From: Pecten maximus
Lineage: Eukaryota
Reading direction: 5' to 3'
Length of the DNA stretch: 64,000 nt
NCBI RefSeq assembly: GCF_902652985.1
Contig: NC_047016.1
Span: 18,972,001-19,036,000, forward strand
Of this stretch, positions 14,594 to 28,800 are shown one piece after another. The translations under genes were made by a program, and so were the position numbers. The notes under the pieces are model-generated. The model worked only from the letters and a program-made list of their open reading frames with translations. It did no database searches and had not been told where the DNA came from. Every line of letters begins with the position of its first letter. Position 1 is the first letter of the stretch.

Positions 14594-15455
14594 GTGTAAT
14601 GTTGGATTTATGCGTGAATAGCTCTTTAGTATTAAGGACTTATTGAATTTAATTCAATTGGAAGGTTAAATCCGGTAGCTTAATATGTTGGATAACGCCT
14701 ATACCGACAGTTGTAATTTTATGTTGTCGGCTATGGCCCTAGTCCAATCATGGGTGGCGCACCAATGATTACACTCCACTACGCTAAACAGATGTGGATA
14801 TCCGACACAGATGTGGATATCCGACATGCTGGTCCATGACTAAATGGGAAGTAGTGGACCATGCTGAAATTGTTCGAGGCAAAGTAACTCTCGTGGCGTT
14901 TCTTGAAAACTTGGGAAAAGGGCAAAGTGGTATTTTTTATAGAGGGTAGCTTCCACAGACTTGTGTAGGGCCCGACTGATGTCCTCTCCTTAGTATTCGA
15001 CATCTAATTAAGTGCAGCATTGTTGGAGCATTACAAATCTATTAATACTGTACCATCAATAATTTTATGAAGTCTCTTATCTAGAATACATTGTGACTGT
15101 AAAAAAAAGCAAAACAAAGTAAACATTGAAGACATCTGATGGACTTCAAACTGAACAGATAATATGGTGTCAATTCGATACGTCTTATATCTAAAGGGGC
15201 AGCAGTGTCTAGAAGTCGGATATAGTGTTCCTGTCCAGCCTATGGTATGGTGTTCTAACGGTAGGATTATTGGAAGAGGGGTCAAATTTGAAGAATAAGG
15301 ACATTCATCTACAAAAGTGCACAACAGAAAATGACATTGATTCATTGTTGTATATTCCTTTCGTTTCATCAACATATATTAAGCCACACTCCACAATTTA
15401 CTCAAATGATATGCTGATATAATGATAAAAATGAATTAAAAGTTTTAATATCAAT

Positions 15456-15461
15456 TTTATT
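15456..15461 (-). terminator. Candidate BAG6 polyadenylation signal AATAAA
   Basis: AATAAA about 1.4 kb downstream of the stop codon on the sense strand. Confidence 0.45.
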
Positions 15462-16082
15462 CAACATGAAATCATCTATGGATTTTTAAATACAGAACCA
15501 GCCATTTCATAAAGAGCAACATCTATTTTCTCCACTTATAATACTTTGTAGCCAGTGCCTACAGAACAATATTTTATTAGGTGTATTGGTCACGAATAAA
15601 GAATAACAATACCAAACAGGGTTAATATTTGGATTTTGTGATAAAAAAATCACTTTTTGAGATATCTTAAAACTATAGATTACATATGTTTAATAATAAT
15701 AATGGGGATGTATTATCACAAAACAGATCGAAGGCGAACCTACTTGGGAAATGCTGTTATTGCCACTTCAACATTTGCATAATGTATTGGAGTAGACTCA
15801 CAAAAACAACAATTGTCATGCCCACCCTCCTCTCACCTTTGAGAGCCTTGTACTCCCCTGTATACTAAAAGGAGCAACCTGTTCCCATTAAGTAAGATTC
15901 GTCTTCTTTTCATCGTCTCACGTTTAAAACATTTCATTGCCCCCTCCCACACAAACCACATATTACTCACTATATTTAGCCACCAGTTTTAAAAAAGTTA
16001 AGTTGGTAAAGTTGTCACTCCTTTAACCAATAACAAAACTGGCTGTAACCAATACAACAGGTCAGGGCTGGCTTAGATCGTC

Positions 16083-16325
16083 GGCCAACAATCAGGTCAA
16101 GGCGTCGGCCAACAATCAGGTCAAGGCTGGCTTAGATCGTTGGCCAACAATCTGGTCAGAGCTGGCCGTAATTGTCAGCCAACAATCTGGTCAGAGCTGG
16201 CCGTAATTGTCAGCCAACAATCTGGTCAGAGCTGGCCGTAATTGTCAGCCAACAATCTGGTCAGAGCTGGCCATAATTGTCAGCCAACAATCTGGTCAGA
16301 GCTGGCCGTGATTGTCAGCTAACTA
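16083..16325. repeat. 35-bp minisatellite in the probable BAG6 3' UTR
   Basis: GCCAACAATCTGGTCAGAGCTGGCCGTAATTGTCA, about 5 good and 2 degenerate copies. Confidence 0.88.
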
Positions 16326-16839
16326 ACTGTCTGACCGACAAGTAACATCAACTATCAGAGTTAAAATTTTTAGGGTGACAGGTGATGTCACTGATAAAAG
16401 CAAAAGTGTTTAGACTGAGAAATGATGTCACTAGTCCGAGTAAAAGTTTTAAACTTGCCACTGGTCACCTTATAAGTATTTAGAGTGACAGGTTATATCA
16501 CTTAAGTGTAAAATCGTTTGTATGGCAAAGAAAATAGTAAAATTAATTATATAAATACCAGTTAGCAGTCTTTGCACTACACCATTAACAGCTATTACAG
16601 AGCTCACTGTGGTTTTAACATCACAGTGTCAAAGTATTCTTACAAATACCTTGTCTTTTCATTAAGGTTACCACCCTTTGTGATTTCATCAACACCGCAG
16701 TGTGACAACATTTTCTTGCAAGGTCAAGTTTACAGCAACCTTAATGATACAAAGCTGGTATGTATGTACAATGGTTTACATTTGTATCCTTTATGATAAA
16801 ATTTTATATGATCAGATGGCTATAAAGCACAACCTAGAG

Positions 16840-19800
16840 TCATTTCTTGTTATTTTTGTGATAGTAGCGATCTGTGTTTGGGAACTGTTCTGGCCTATAA
16901 TCACTATCACTGTTTAAACGATCTCTTATACTGCTCAAAACTTGCTCATCAAAAGCATGCTGCAGTTCATGATTGTCTGAAGCCTCACTGGTCATATTCT
17001 CCATACTGCTGATTGGCTGCACTCCTGCTGCTGCCACAGCGCGACGTAACGACAACGGAACAGACTCCTCAGCATTAGAGAAATTCACTTGGCCTTCATG
17101 TCCCATTATCTGAAATAAAAAAAATTGTTTAATTTGCTAGAAAATGGTTGTAAAACATATAAGCAAAGTGTCTTATACTTCCATTTACATTTAGTGGTGA
17201 AGCACTTTCAAATATTGTATATATATATTAACTGCAAGAGATTATCTTTCATACTGAAAGCAGAGATTATCTACTATACTGCAAATATTATCTTCAACAC
17301 TGAAAGAAGATATTACCTTCAATATCACTGTAAAAAGATATCATTCATCATATTGTAAAAATTCGCTTTTCTTTACAATTCCCTGTGGTCCCAGTTTCCA
17401 CACATTTCCCACTTGAACTAATGGATGACATTACCTTCCTGCGTTTAGCGGGCATGCCCTGTAGGTAGGTATCACTGAAGGCTGGCTGGGGTCGCTGATG
17501 TTTCTGTTTTTCTATGTCACTGTTGATGATCGGTACCCAGTCCTAGAAATATCAAGTTATCAGGCATGTCAATACAAGTCATGCATGTTATATTGTCAGA
17601 TGCTGGTTAATTGAACAAAGATAATGTGAACTGCTTAAATCTTGCTGAAGAAGACTTGTTAAATCAATGAAACATTCACCACAGGAAAACCGTCATCAAT
17701 ATTCAAAGATCATGCATATACACCCCTGAAAAGTTATAAAGACGATGCGTGTCAAAATGATCTGGCTATGGTTGATAACATATATGGTTTCCAAAGACAT
17801 ACTCGCATAATATTTTTAATGTCACTTGTCATGAAGATGTGATAATCAACAGAAACACCTCCTGTCCCCAATAACATGGCAGGGTAACAAGAGTTCCACA
17901 GTACAGTCATACTTACGGGGTTAACTTCCAGCTCCCACGACTCCCCACCAGCTGCTGCTCCGGGAGAGTCTGCCTTTGGTGCCTCTGTTTTGATCTTGGT
18001 AGCAGGGACTTTTGTGGCAGCTGCTGTAGCAGGCTGTGGGCGAGGTGGCTGTGCAACTGAAGCTCCTGTATTGATGTTCTGGGTCTCCATTGGCTACAAA
18101 GTCAACAAATAATAGGGTCACATTACACATCTACAGGTTACTCTATATATCAACAGGTGACAGTCAGCATACACCAACAGGTAACAATACACTCACAAGA
18201 AACTCTGCAAACATCCCAAACTCTCCACACATCAACAGGTATCTATACGTCCACACGTAACTCACACACATCTACAGGTATCTATACGTCCACCAGTAAC
18301 TCACACACATCAACAGGTATCTATACGTCCACAAGTAACTCCACACACATCAACAGGTATCTATACGTCCACCAGTAACTCACACACATCAACAGGTATC
18401 TATATGTCAAGTAAATCATACACATCAACAGGTATCTATACGTCCACAAGTAACTCCACACATATCATCAGGTATCTATACGTCCACCAGTAACTCACAC
18501 ACATCAACAGGTATCTATACGTCCACAAGTAACTCACACACATCAACAGGCATTTATACGTCCCCAAGTAACTCGCACACATCAACAGGTATCTATACGT
18601 CCACCAGTAACTCGCACATATCAACAGGTATCTATACGTCCACCAGTAACTCCACACACATCAACAGGTATCTATACGTCCACCAGTAACTCGCACACAT
18701 CAACAGGTATCTATACGTCCACCAGTAACTCACACACATCAACAGGTATCTATACGTCCACAAGTAACTCACACACATCAACAGGTATCTATACGTCCAC
18801 CAGTAACTCCACACACATCAACAGGTATCTATACGTCCACCAGTAACTCACACACATCAACAGGTATCTATACATCCACAAGTAACTCACACACATCAAC
18901 AGGTATCTATACATCCACCAGTAACTCCACACACATCAACAGGTATCTATACGTCAAGTAACTCACACACATCAACAGGTATCTATACGTCAAGTAACTC
19001 ACACACATCAACAGGTATCTATACGTCCACAAGTAACACACACACATCAATAGGTATCTATACGTCCACAAGTAACTCACACACATCAACAGGTATCTAT
19101 ACATCAAGTAACTCACACACATCAACAGGTATCTATACGTCCACAAGTAACTCACACACATCAACAGGTATCTATACATCCACCAGTAACACACACACAT
19201 TAACAGGTATCTATACGTCAAGTAACTCACACACATCAACAGGTATCTATACGTCCACAAGTAACTCACACACATCAACAGGTATCTATACGTCCACAAG
19301 TAACTTGCACATATCATCAGGTATCTATACGTCCACAAGTAACTCACACACATCAACAGGTATCTATACGTCCACAAGTAACTTACACACATCAACAGGT
19401 ATCTATACATCCACCAGTAACACACACACATTAACAGGTATCTATACGTCAAGTAACTCACACACATCAACAGGTATCTATACGTCCACAAGTAACTCAC
19501 ACACATCAACAGGTATCTATACGTCCACAAGTAACTTGCACATATCATCAGGTATCTATACGTCCACAAGTAACTCACACACATCAACAGGTATCTATAC
19601 GTCCACCAGTAACTCACACACATCAACAGGTATCTATGCGTCAAGTAACTCGCACACATCAACAGGTATCTATACGTCCACAAGTAACTCACACACATCA
19701 ACAGGTATCTATACGTCAAGTAACTCGCACACATCAACAGGTATCTATACATCCACAAGTAACACACACACATCAACAGGTATCTATACGTCCACAAGTA

Positions 19801-22800
19801 ACACACACACATCAACAGGTATCTATACGTCCACAAGTAACTCCAAACACATCAACAGGTATCTATACGTCCACAAGTAACTCCACACACATCAACAGGT
19901 TACTCTATATATCAACAGGTGACAGTCAGCATACACCAACAGGTAACTATACACTCACTTGAAACTCTGTACATCCAAAACTCTCCACACATCAACAGGT
20001 ATCTATATGTCCACAACTAACTCCACAAACATCTACAGGTAACTCTATTCAAGCACAGTTAACTCTGCACATCTGATTTATTCATTCTGGTAAACATAGC
20101 TAATTGCTCCATTTATCATTTTGTTAAAGCTATTTTATTGAAGTATAAGACACCAAGAATAAACGTCCTTAAATGTATGATCATGATATCTGACCGGTAC
20201 AGGCATTCTAGGCCACTTACTTCAGGAGAATCTACTTGTGAGGCACCTGGTGAGACCAAAGGTGGACTTGTCTCCATAGCTGTGGCAGCTTCATCTTTCT
20301 TTGCTGTGTTTGAGGCCTGTTTTTTGGTGTTCTTTTTTACAATGTAGGAGTGGACGTTGGCATCAGTGATGGTGATTGTAGGGAGGAACTGGTTGAGTTG
20401 TTGAGTAATGACATTGCACATCCATTGTTGGATCATCGGGTTCACGCCCCGGGTAATAGCACTCTGCAAGAGAAAACACTGATGAGATATAGGGCTCTAA
20501 ATAGCTAAGAATTTAAACTTAACATTCAAGCCCCTGGTATAAGTAATCTGAGTGGTTTAATTATGTGGGGCTATAGATGACATTACCTTGGAGAGAGAGA
20601 TGAAAAACTAAAATACAACACACTTTTGTCTCGAAATGGTTGGCTGAAAATTCAGCAATTAATGGCTGAATTGTATATAGAACAAGAGTACCGAGGGGTA
20701 TAAGCCCATCGAATGCCACATAAAAGTTGCATCACCTTATGAATGATTAGGTTGCATGCTTTGACCTTCATCTTTTACTACTAAGTCAATGTCAAATGTT
20801 CTAACAGTTTGAGGAGTACACTTTATCTGGGGTTACTAAAAGTCTCATTAAACATGATTTGATATGATTAAAGCGTACCAACTTTCAAAGATATCAGTCG
20901 AAAAATGTAGATCTTGGGAGAAAAATAAAATACCGAAATAAATAAAGGGGAAGAACTTCTGCAAAAATAGTCAACACAACTACATATAATGATTATATGA
21001 ATACCAAGTTTCAAAGAGATAGGTCAATAAATGCAGGAGAAGATCTCCAGACAGCCAAAAGTTTATGCTGCACGGACAACACCACACTATAATACCCTAT
21101 ATCCAGAAACTTTGCTGATCTATCAGGAAATGGATACATCAAAATGACTTACCAGTCGACTATGTATGAATTCTCTGTAAAGCTATTTGGCCTTCCACTA
21201 AGCATGAACTTTTCAGAATGATAAGTTCTACATACAGGACTTACCAGTCGGCTCTGTATAATTCTCTGTAAAGCTGTCTGGCCTTCCACTAAACAGGATC
21301 TTGTGAGAACAATAAGCTCTGCCAAACTCATCCTCATTCTCTCATAAAATTGGTTACCAAAATTTGTGTTGGACTCTGCAAGGTGTAAAACAGTACATAG
21401 TTTGAAACATACATCATGTATACTGAAGGACAATATTGATATCTACAGCAGGATGATGTAGTCTTGGTTTTACTCTTATGCGATCTTGTGTGATGAGGGT
21501 AAGGGTAATTTCGTATGTATTTTACCAACAAGTCAAAATTTGAAATATTTTTTTGTTAAATACACTTTTATACAATTACATGATACAAGCTCATATTAAC
21601 ATTATGTGCAGTTAATTGTTACATTTGTAGGGATTTTTACATTAGTCCTAGAAAACAAATTGTCATAATGGAATCCTTTGTCTATTTAAACACTTTCTTG
21701 TTAGACCATGTATGAATCCTCTTATCAATCCAGGAATGCTGATGTGTAGTTCCTACTTTTAGGCCCCTTCCACCACCCCTAGTGGTACCAAACATTTCAA
21801 ATATCCTTGGCACAAAGATGATCTTTGTTAAATTAAGTTAAAATCTGTTCTGCTGTTGTGGACTTTCATGGAAGGCATTTAAAGGTTTAAAACAATGGAA
21901 GTTGTGCGATGTTATATGACTATGTTCACCTAACCCTTTAGGCAAATTTTACTACATACTGATGAAATACAATCCTGGCATATACTAGTATGTTACTGAA
22001 GAAGAAATTTATTGACTAAAATAGCATAGTATACAAAGAAATATCTAGAAATACAAACCATCGGCTAACATGATCATGCGGACTGTTGCTGTAAATTGCT
22101 GTCTAAAGAAATTATTGAGAGTCTCCACCAGATCTATGTCAGGCTTGACCTCAGCCACATTCTGTAATAACAAAATTTTAACATCCTCATAATAACAAAA
22201 AACACCAAAAGTTCTCTTTAAATGACATACAGATACTGCAGTGTTATTACTTCCCCTTAAATGAGATTTCTCAATGTCTAATCCTTGACAGAGTTTTAGG
22301 TTGGACATACAAGTATCACAGCTGATACCACATCTCATTGGAAGGGAAGATGCTATTGATCTGTATCTTCCTCCATATACATGTACAGTGATACTGAAAT
22401 CTGCGTTCCATCCCCTACATACATAGCCATACTGAAATATGTGCTCCTTTTAATAGTCATACTGAAATCTGTGCTCCCTCTCACAGTCATACTGAAATCT
22501 GATGGCAGTGATAATGAAATCTGTACCCATCTATTGTAATACTGATATCTGCAGCCCTTCATTGTTATACTGAAAGCTTCAACTCTTCACAGTAATACTG
22601 AAATCTGCAGGACTTCATTGTTATACTGAAATCTGCAGGACTTCATTGTAATACTGAAATCTGCAGGACTTCATTGTAATACTGAAATCTACAGCCCTTC
22701 ATTGTTATACCGAAATCTGCAGCCCTTCACAGTAATACTGAAATCTGCAGCCCTTCATTGTTATACTGAAAGCTTCAACTCTTCACAGTAATACTGAAAT

Positions 22801-25800
22801 CTGCAGCCCTTCATTGTTATACTGAAATCTGCAGGACTTCATTGTAATACTGAAATCTACAGCCCTTCATTGTTATACTGAAATCTGCAGCCCTTCACAG
22901 TAATACTGAAATCTGCAGCCCTTCACAGTAATACTGAAATCTGCAGCCCTTCATTGTTATACTGAAAGCTTCAACTCTTCACAGTAATACTGAAATCTGC
23001 AGGACTTCATTGTTATACTGAAATCTGCAGCCCTTCACAGTAATACCGAAATCTGCAGCCCTTCATTGTTATACTGAAATCTACAGCCCTTCATTGTTAT
23101 ACTGAAATCTGCAGCCCTTCACAGTAATACTGAAATCTGCAGCCCTTCATTGTTATACTGAAAGCTTCAAATGTTCACAGTAATACTGAAATCTGCAGCC
23201 CTTCATTGTTATACTGAAAGCTTCAAATGTTCACAGTAATACTGAAATCTGCAGCCCTTCATTGTTATACTGAAATCTGCAGCCCTTCACAGTAATACTG
23301 AAATCTGCAGCCCTTCATTGTTATACTGAAAGCTTCAAATGTTCACAGTAATACTGAAATCTGCAGCCCTTCATTGTTATACTGAAATCTGCAGGACTTC
23401 ATTGTAATACTGAAATCTGCAGCCCTTCACAGTAATACTGAAATCTGCAGCCCTTCATTGTTACACTGAAATATGCAGCCCTTCACAGTAATACTGAAAT
23501 CTGTACCCATCTATTGTAATACTGATATCTGCAGCCCTTCATTGTTATACTGAAAGCTTCAACTCTTCACAGTAATACTGAAATCTGCAGGACTTCATTG
23601 TAATACTGAAATCTGCAGCCCTTCATTGTAATACTGAAATCTGCAGGACTTCATTGTAATACTGAAATCTGCAGCCCTTCATTGTAATACTGAAATCTGC
23701 AGGACTTCATTGTAATAGTGAAATCTACAGCCCTTCACAGTAATACTGAAATCTGCAGCCCTTCATTGTTATACTGAAATCTGCAGCCCTTCATTGTTAT
23801 ACTGAAATCTGCAGGACTTCATTGTAATACTGAAATCTGCAGGACTTCATTGTAATAGTGAAATCTACAGCCCTTCACAGTAATACTGAAATCTGCAGCC
23901 CTTCATTGTTATACTGAAATCTGCAGCCCTTCATTGTTATACTGAAAGCTTCAACTCTTCACAGTAATACTGAAATCTGCAGGACTTCATTGTAATACTG
24001 AAATCTGCAGCCCTTCATTGTAATACTGAAATCTGCAGGACTTCATTGTAATAGTGAAATCTACAGCCCTTCACAGTAATACTGAAATCTGCAGCCCTTC
24101 ATTGTTATACTGAAATCTGCAGCCCTTCATTGTTATACTGAAATCTGCAGCCCTTCATTGTTATACTGAAAGCTTCAACTCTTCACAGTAATACTGAAAT
24201 CTGCAGCCCTTCATTGTTACACTGAAATCTGCAGCCCTTCATTGTTATACTGAAAGCTTCAACTCTTCACAGTAATACTGAAATCTGCAGCCCTTCATTG
24301 TTACACTGAAATCTGCAGCCCTTCATTGTAATACTGAAATATGAAGCATTTCATTGTAATACCGAAATCTGCAGCCCTTCATTGTTATACTGAAATCTTC
24401 ACTCCATCATAGTCATACCACAGGTGTCTGCATCTGGTATTTACAGAAAAAAAATATTAGCCCCTAATGTTACTATATCAACAAGGTGTAACACTTGAAG
24501 ATCCGACAATGCATTAACTGTGGAATGGAAGCAGGCTACTAGTATTTATTGGTCGACAATTATAGTTAATATTGTTTATAGAGCTGTTGACCAATCAGAC
24601 CGCTCTAACATATACAGACTACTTCCGTTCCACAGTCCATCGATGTATCATGGGCTATCATGACTTTTGATCCATTTTCTCATCTTTAAATCATTGTCAC
24701 ACAACAAAAGAATAACATGCATTGAAATTTAAGGATTCTAAACCAAGGAGCTTTACTGAAGTTTGAGTGCAGTTGATATTTTAGTTGGATTGAACTTAAA
24801 TTCAATGTGAATCAAAGCTCACCCCCACTTTCGACTTTTGAAGTGTAACACCTTGTTAATATACTAAGAGTAGAGTAGGGGGTGATATTTTTTCTATCAA
24901 TACTAACAAGAAGGTGACGCCTGTGGTCACAACAAAATATGCAAGCCCCCCCCCCCCCCCCCCCCCATGCCCATGATGATACTGTTTCTGCCCCACACAG
25001 AAGGAACACGTACTGCACATGCTTCAATCTCCTCTGACATCTCCTCCACCAGTCGGCTGGAGGCTTCGGTTATGTTCTCCATTGTTGGTTCTCTGCCTTC
25101 CAACACACGCTCTCGTAAAAATTCCTGTAGTGGCACTCGCACATTTTGTAGAGGAGCTCTGTTGCCGTAGAAAACTTGTATAAGGTCAGGAAAGGTCAAA
25201 TGTGAGGAAAGACAGGAGTAAACATCATTGAAGAAACCTGAAACAGTCACAGGATGAAATTTAAAGACTTGATTACAGATAAATATGAATATATGATGAT
25301 TTTATCTGTTCACTTTAGAAATACTTTTAGCGCGTGTGATATTCCATTCGATCTCTTTGCCAAATCACGTCGCTACATCACCGATACTGAAAACATTTGA
25401 AGCCCACCCAGATAAAAACTGGGGACAGCTAGATAGATTTTCAAACATGAAACTGACAATGATAAACATATGCACTGTCAGGGAACATCTGATCTGGGTA
25501 TATAGACATTTGCGTGAGTCCAGTATTATTATATCATATTTTTAGATTATGATGCAATTGATGAAGCCCTGAAAATGCAATACACTTACCTTCTCCTTGT
25601 GCCATATTGTAACCGTCCCCTAGGGAGCCTAGAAATTCAGAAAGTGTTTGTGAAGGGGGTTGTCCGACTGCAGTTTGGGTGATCATAGACCCAATACCCT
25701 GTACCAGCTGTGTGAATGCCTCATCTGTCATCACAGGCTGACCTGTGCTACTGTTGGGGCTAGTTTCTGTCCCTGGGGTTGCTCCTGTGCCTGTCCCTTG

Positions 25801-28800
25801 GCTTGTCCCTTGGCTTGTACCCTGGGTGGTTGGGGCAGGAGGGGCTGGAGGAGTAGGGGTCGCTCCTGTGCTTGATGTACCAGGAGCTGGTTGGGGCATT
25901 GAACCCTGTAAGAGCAATTTTCACGATGGTATACTACTGCAGCATTTACAAAGTACAGTACATGTGTTCTAATTCTAATTCTTTAATTCCTTAGATTGTA
26001 TCAAATCAAAAACACAACAGCAAACTCTTAAGGGTAATTGGTCAATATACCTAAAGGTATCTTTACAATTCCTCCCCAAGGGAAAGAAAGAATATTTTGA
26101 TAAAGTCAGTTAGGTCCTTACCATTAATATTTAGATCTAGTATATTTGTATCTTACCATTAATATTTGTATTTAGTATATTTGTATCTTACCATTAATAT
26201 TTGTATTTAGTATATTTGTATCTTACCATTAATATTTATATTTAGTATATTTGTATCTGAAATTATAGGCAATTTGACCAATTTTGTCCCATCCTTCAGA
26301 CTCAGAGGAAGGGTCAGGGTCAAAATGTTCATACAATCAAACAACCATCCTATGATAATTATTCAAACCAAGCATGTAGATAATTTTCACAGCTTACTCA
26401 CCATTCCTGTTTGTAGAAGGTTCCTGAGCTGCTGAACAAATGCAGGCTCAGATCCTGTTGTTGGAGCAGAAGTTGTCTGGCCAGATCCTGTTGAGGAGGC
26501 AGATGTAGTGGAGCTACTTGTTGTGTTTTGGTTTCCTCCTGCTGCTGGACGAGGACCTGCCTGACCAAACATTGATGCCAGGCCAGGTAAGAAAGGCATA
26601 CCAGGTGGCATTCCTTGCATTCCTGGCATACCTGTCATTCCAGCCATTCCTGCTGGCATCCGTATGTTAATCCCTGGTGGAGGAGCACCCCCTAAGGCAC
26701 CAAACAATCCCGCGAAGGGGTTGAAGGGCATGGAGCCTGTCCCAGTGCTAGAGGTACTGGTGGTACTGGAGGAGGAAGAGGACGAGGAGGAAGTGGCCGT
26801 CTGATTAGTGGCTGCTCCAGAAGCAGAAGTTGAGGTGGCTGTCCTCCCTGTGTTGGGATGTGGCACTCCATGAAGGTGTGGGTTCACCTCACCAGCCAGG
26901 TTATTGAGGAACTCTCCAATGATACCACCTGTATTAACTCCTTGAGCCTCAGGTGTGTTGTTGTTCTGAAAAGACAATCGTTTTTGTCCTACATACACAA
27001 ATATACAGGATCTCTAGACTATCGTATTCAACAAGGCAAATATAGATATAACACTAATGGTGGATACATATAATACATTATCAATGTGTAATAACTGTCC
27101 TTGATATTATTTTTGAATGCTAAGAAAATCTGTGATAAAAATGACAAAAACGAAGATTTAACTGTCTTTCTGTTATTAATGATTGAAACATTTTTGTCGT
27201 TTTGTTTATTCAAATATTTCTTGAACTGATTTTTTAAAATGATTTACATAATTATCCCCTCAAAGTTACTATCATGATTCCTAAATCTTCACTGATATTG
27301 ATGTATTTCCTAGGTTAAACTAGGTTAAGTGACCAACATGAGAATGACAGGCTGGAGGAGTTGTCATTGCTTAGTGCATACTAAAAAAATAACGCACCAC
27401 TTCTGCAAATTTTCAGATTGAAGGTTTAATATACATGTAAGTGTTTGGTAGTGAAAAGGTTTTATCTCTGACACACATAAATACTGTGAGAGAAGAGAGA
27501 AGTTTAGTTTGAAATAAGATTATAAGTTAATAAGATCCTTGTTAAAGCTATGGGAATCATTTTTAAATGTTAAGGAATTCTTACATATGACTGATAAAAT
27601 TATAAGTTCACTGTTAGTTTTCTTGACATTCATTAATGTTCTGCAGAATCTTACATTCCTAGCCTGGTGACGGAGGAAGTGACGAGATGAACAGGGCAGG
27701 AAAGGGTCCACGGAGGCTGGTCCAGCAGTGGGAATTCTCTGCATCATCCCAGGCATACCAGGTACTACGAAAGCTGCTGTATGTGGTGCACGCATACCAG
27801 TCTGTGTCCCGGAGGTGTTTGTGGGTGCATTTGATGTCTGGGTGCCTGAAGTGTTTGATGGCCCAGAAGTAGCGCTGCTGGTCTGTGTCCCAGAGGAGTT
27901 TGAACTCTGTGAGGTTGTTTGGCTACCAGTTTGAGCTGTAGTGGCAGATGATGAGGGAAATGAGCGTCTTCTCAAACGTAGACTGTTAGGATCTAAGCCT
28001 AACACAGGACCAATTCTTGGGCCTGTTTGAATGAGAAACCTCGATATCTTCAGGCCTGTTCTAGTACAGACCACAACAGGCTCCTTAATATTTTTCGCTT
28101 TTCTTTCTCTCAAACCCATTCTTTGTTTCATTCATAGCAGTGAACTATAATTCATTATGGTCAAACAACTGTCATTTTTGAATCAGCTATCAGTAAGGCC
28201 ATCAATGATTGATAACTTGCATGCCTTACAGAGCACTGATGTTTACATAAATTCTTTTAATAAGAAATGGTATGATACTTTACCTGATATAGACCACTGG
28301 TTGTCTCGTCTTGGGTGGTTAACACCTTGTATCTATTGGAAATGTTATAAATGGAAATGTTCTTGTTTTTTTATGAACAGCAATTATGTTTCCTACACAG
28401 GGTCATATATATATACACCATGTACATAATCATCTGTGGTAAAACTTACCCGTATGCGCATGCATGACTGAACTGACAATGTTGTTGATGAGGTCCTGGG
28501 TCACATTATGGCCATGAACATGAACACCCTGCGGAGCTGTGTTTGTGGAACCTACAAGTAGAAAGACTTTCTGATGATATTCTCCAACTATATTACGCTG
28601 AAATAGACAAATAAGGCCAATATAAGTACAGGGCACCAAAATATTGTTTTCTTTCATTTGAAATTCCTGTTCCAAGTATATAACATGGGTAATCATATGG
28701 TCTGAATTTGAAGTTACCTGTACTCGGGCTTGAGGTCTAGGGTGACTTACTGATCTGAGTATATGATATGGGTAATCATACAGACTGTACAGTGTGTGTA

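Noticed and set aside
18907-19962. 309/191/108-aa repetitive ORFs
   Set aside because: Products of the 39-bp intronic minisatellite, with frequent frame-breaking variants.
24946-24966. Poly-C run near the BAG6 exon 16 donor
   Set aside because: Simple homopolymer of uncertain length; a G-run splicing role is possible but unsupported.
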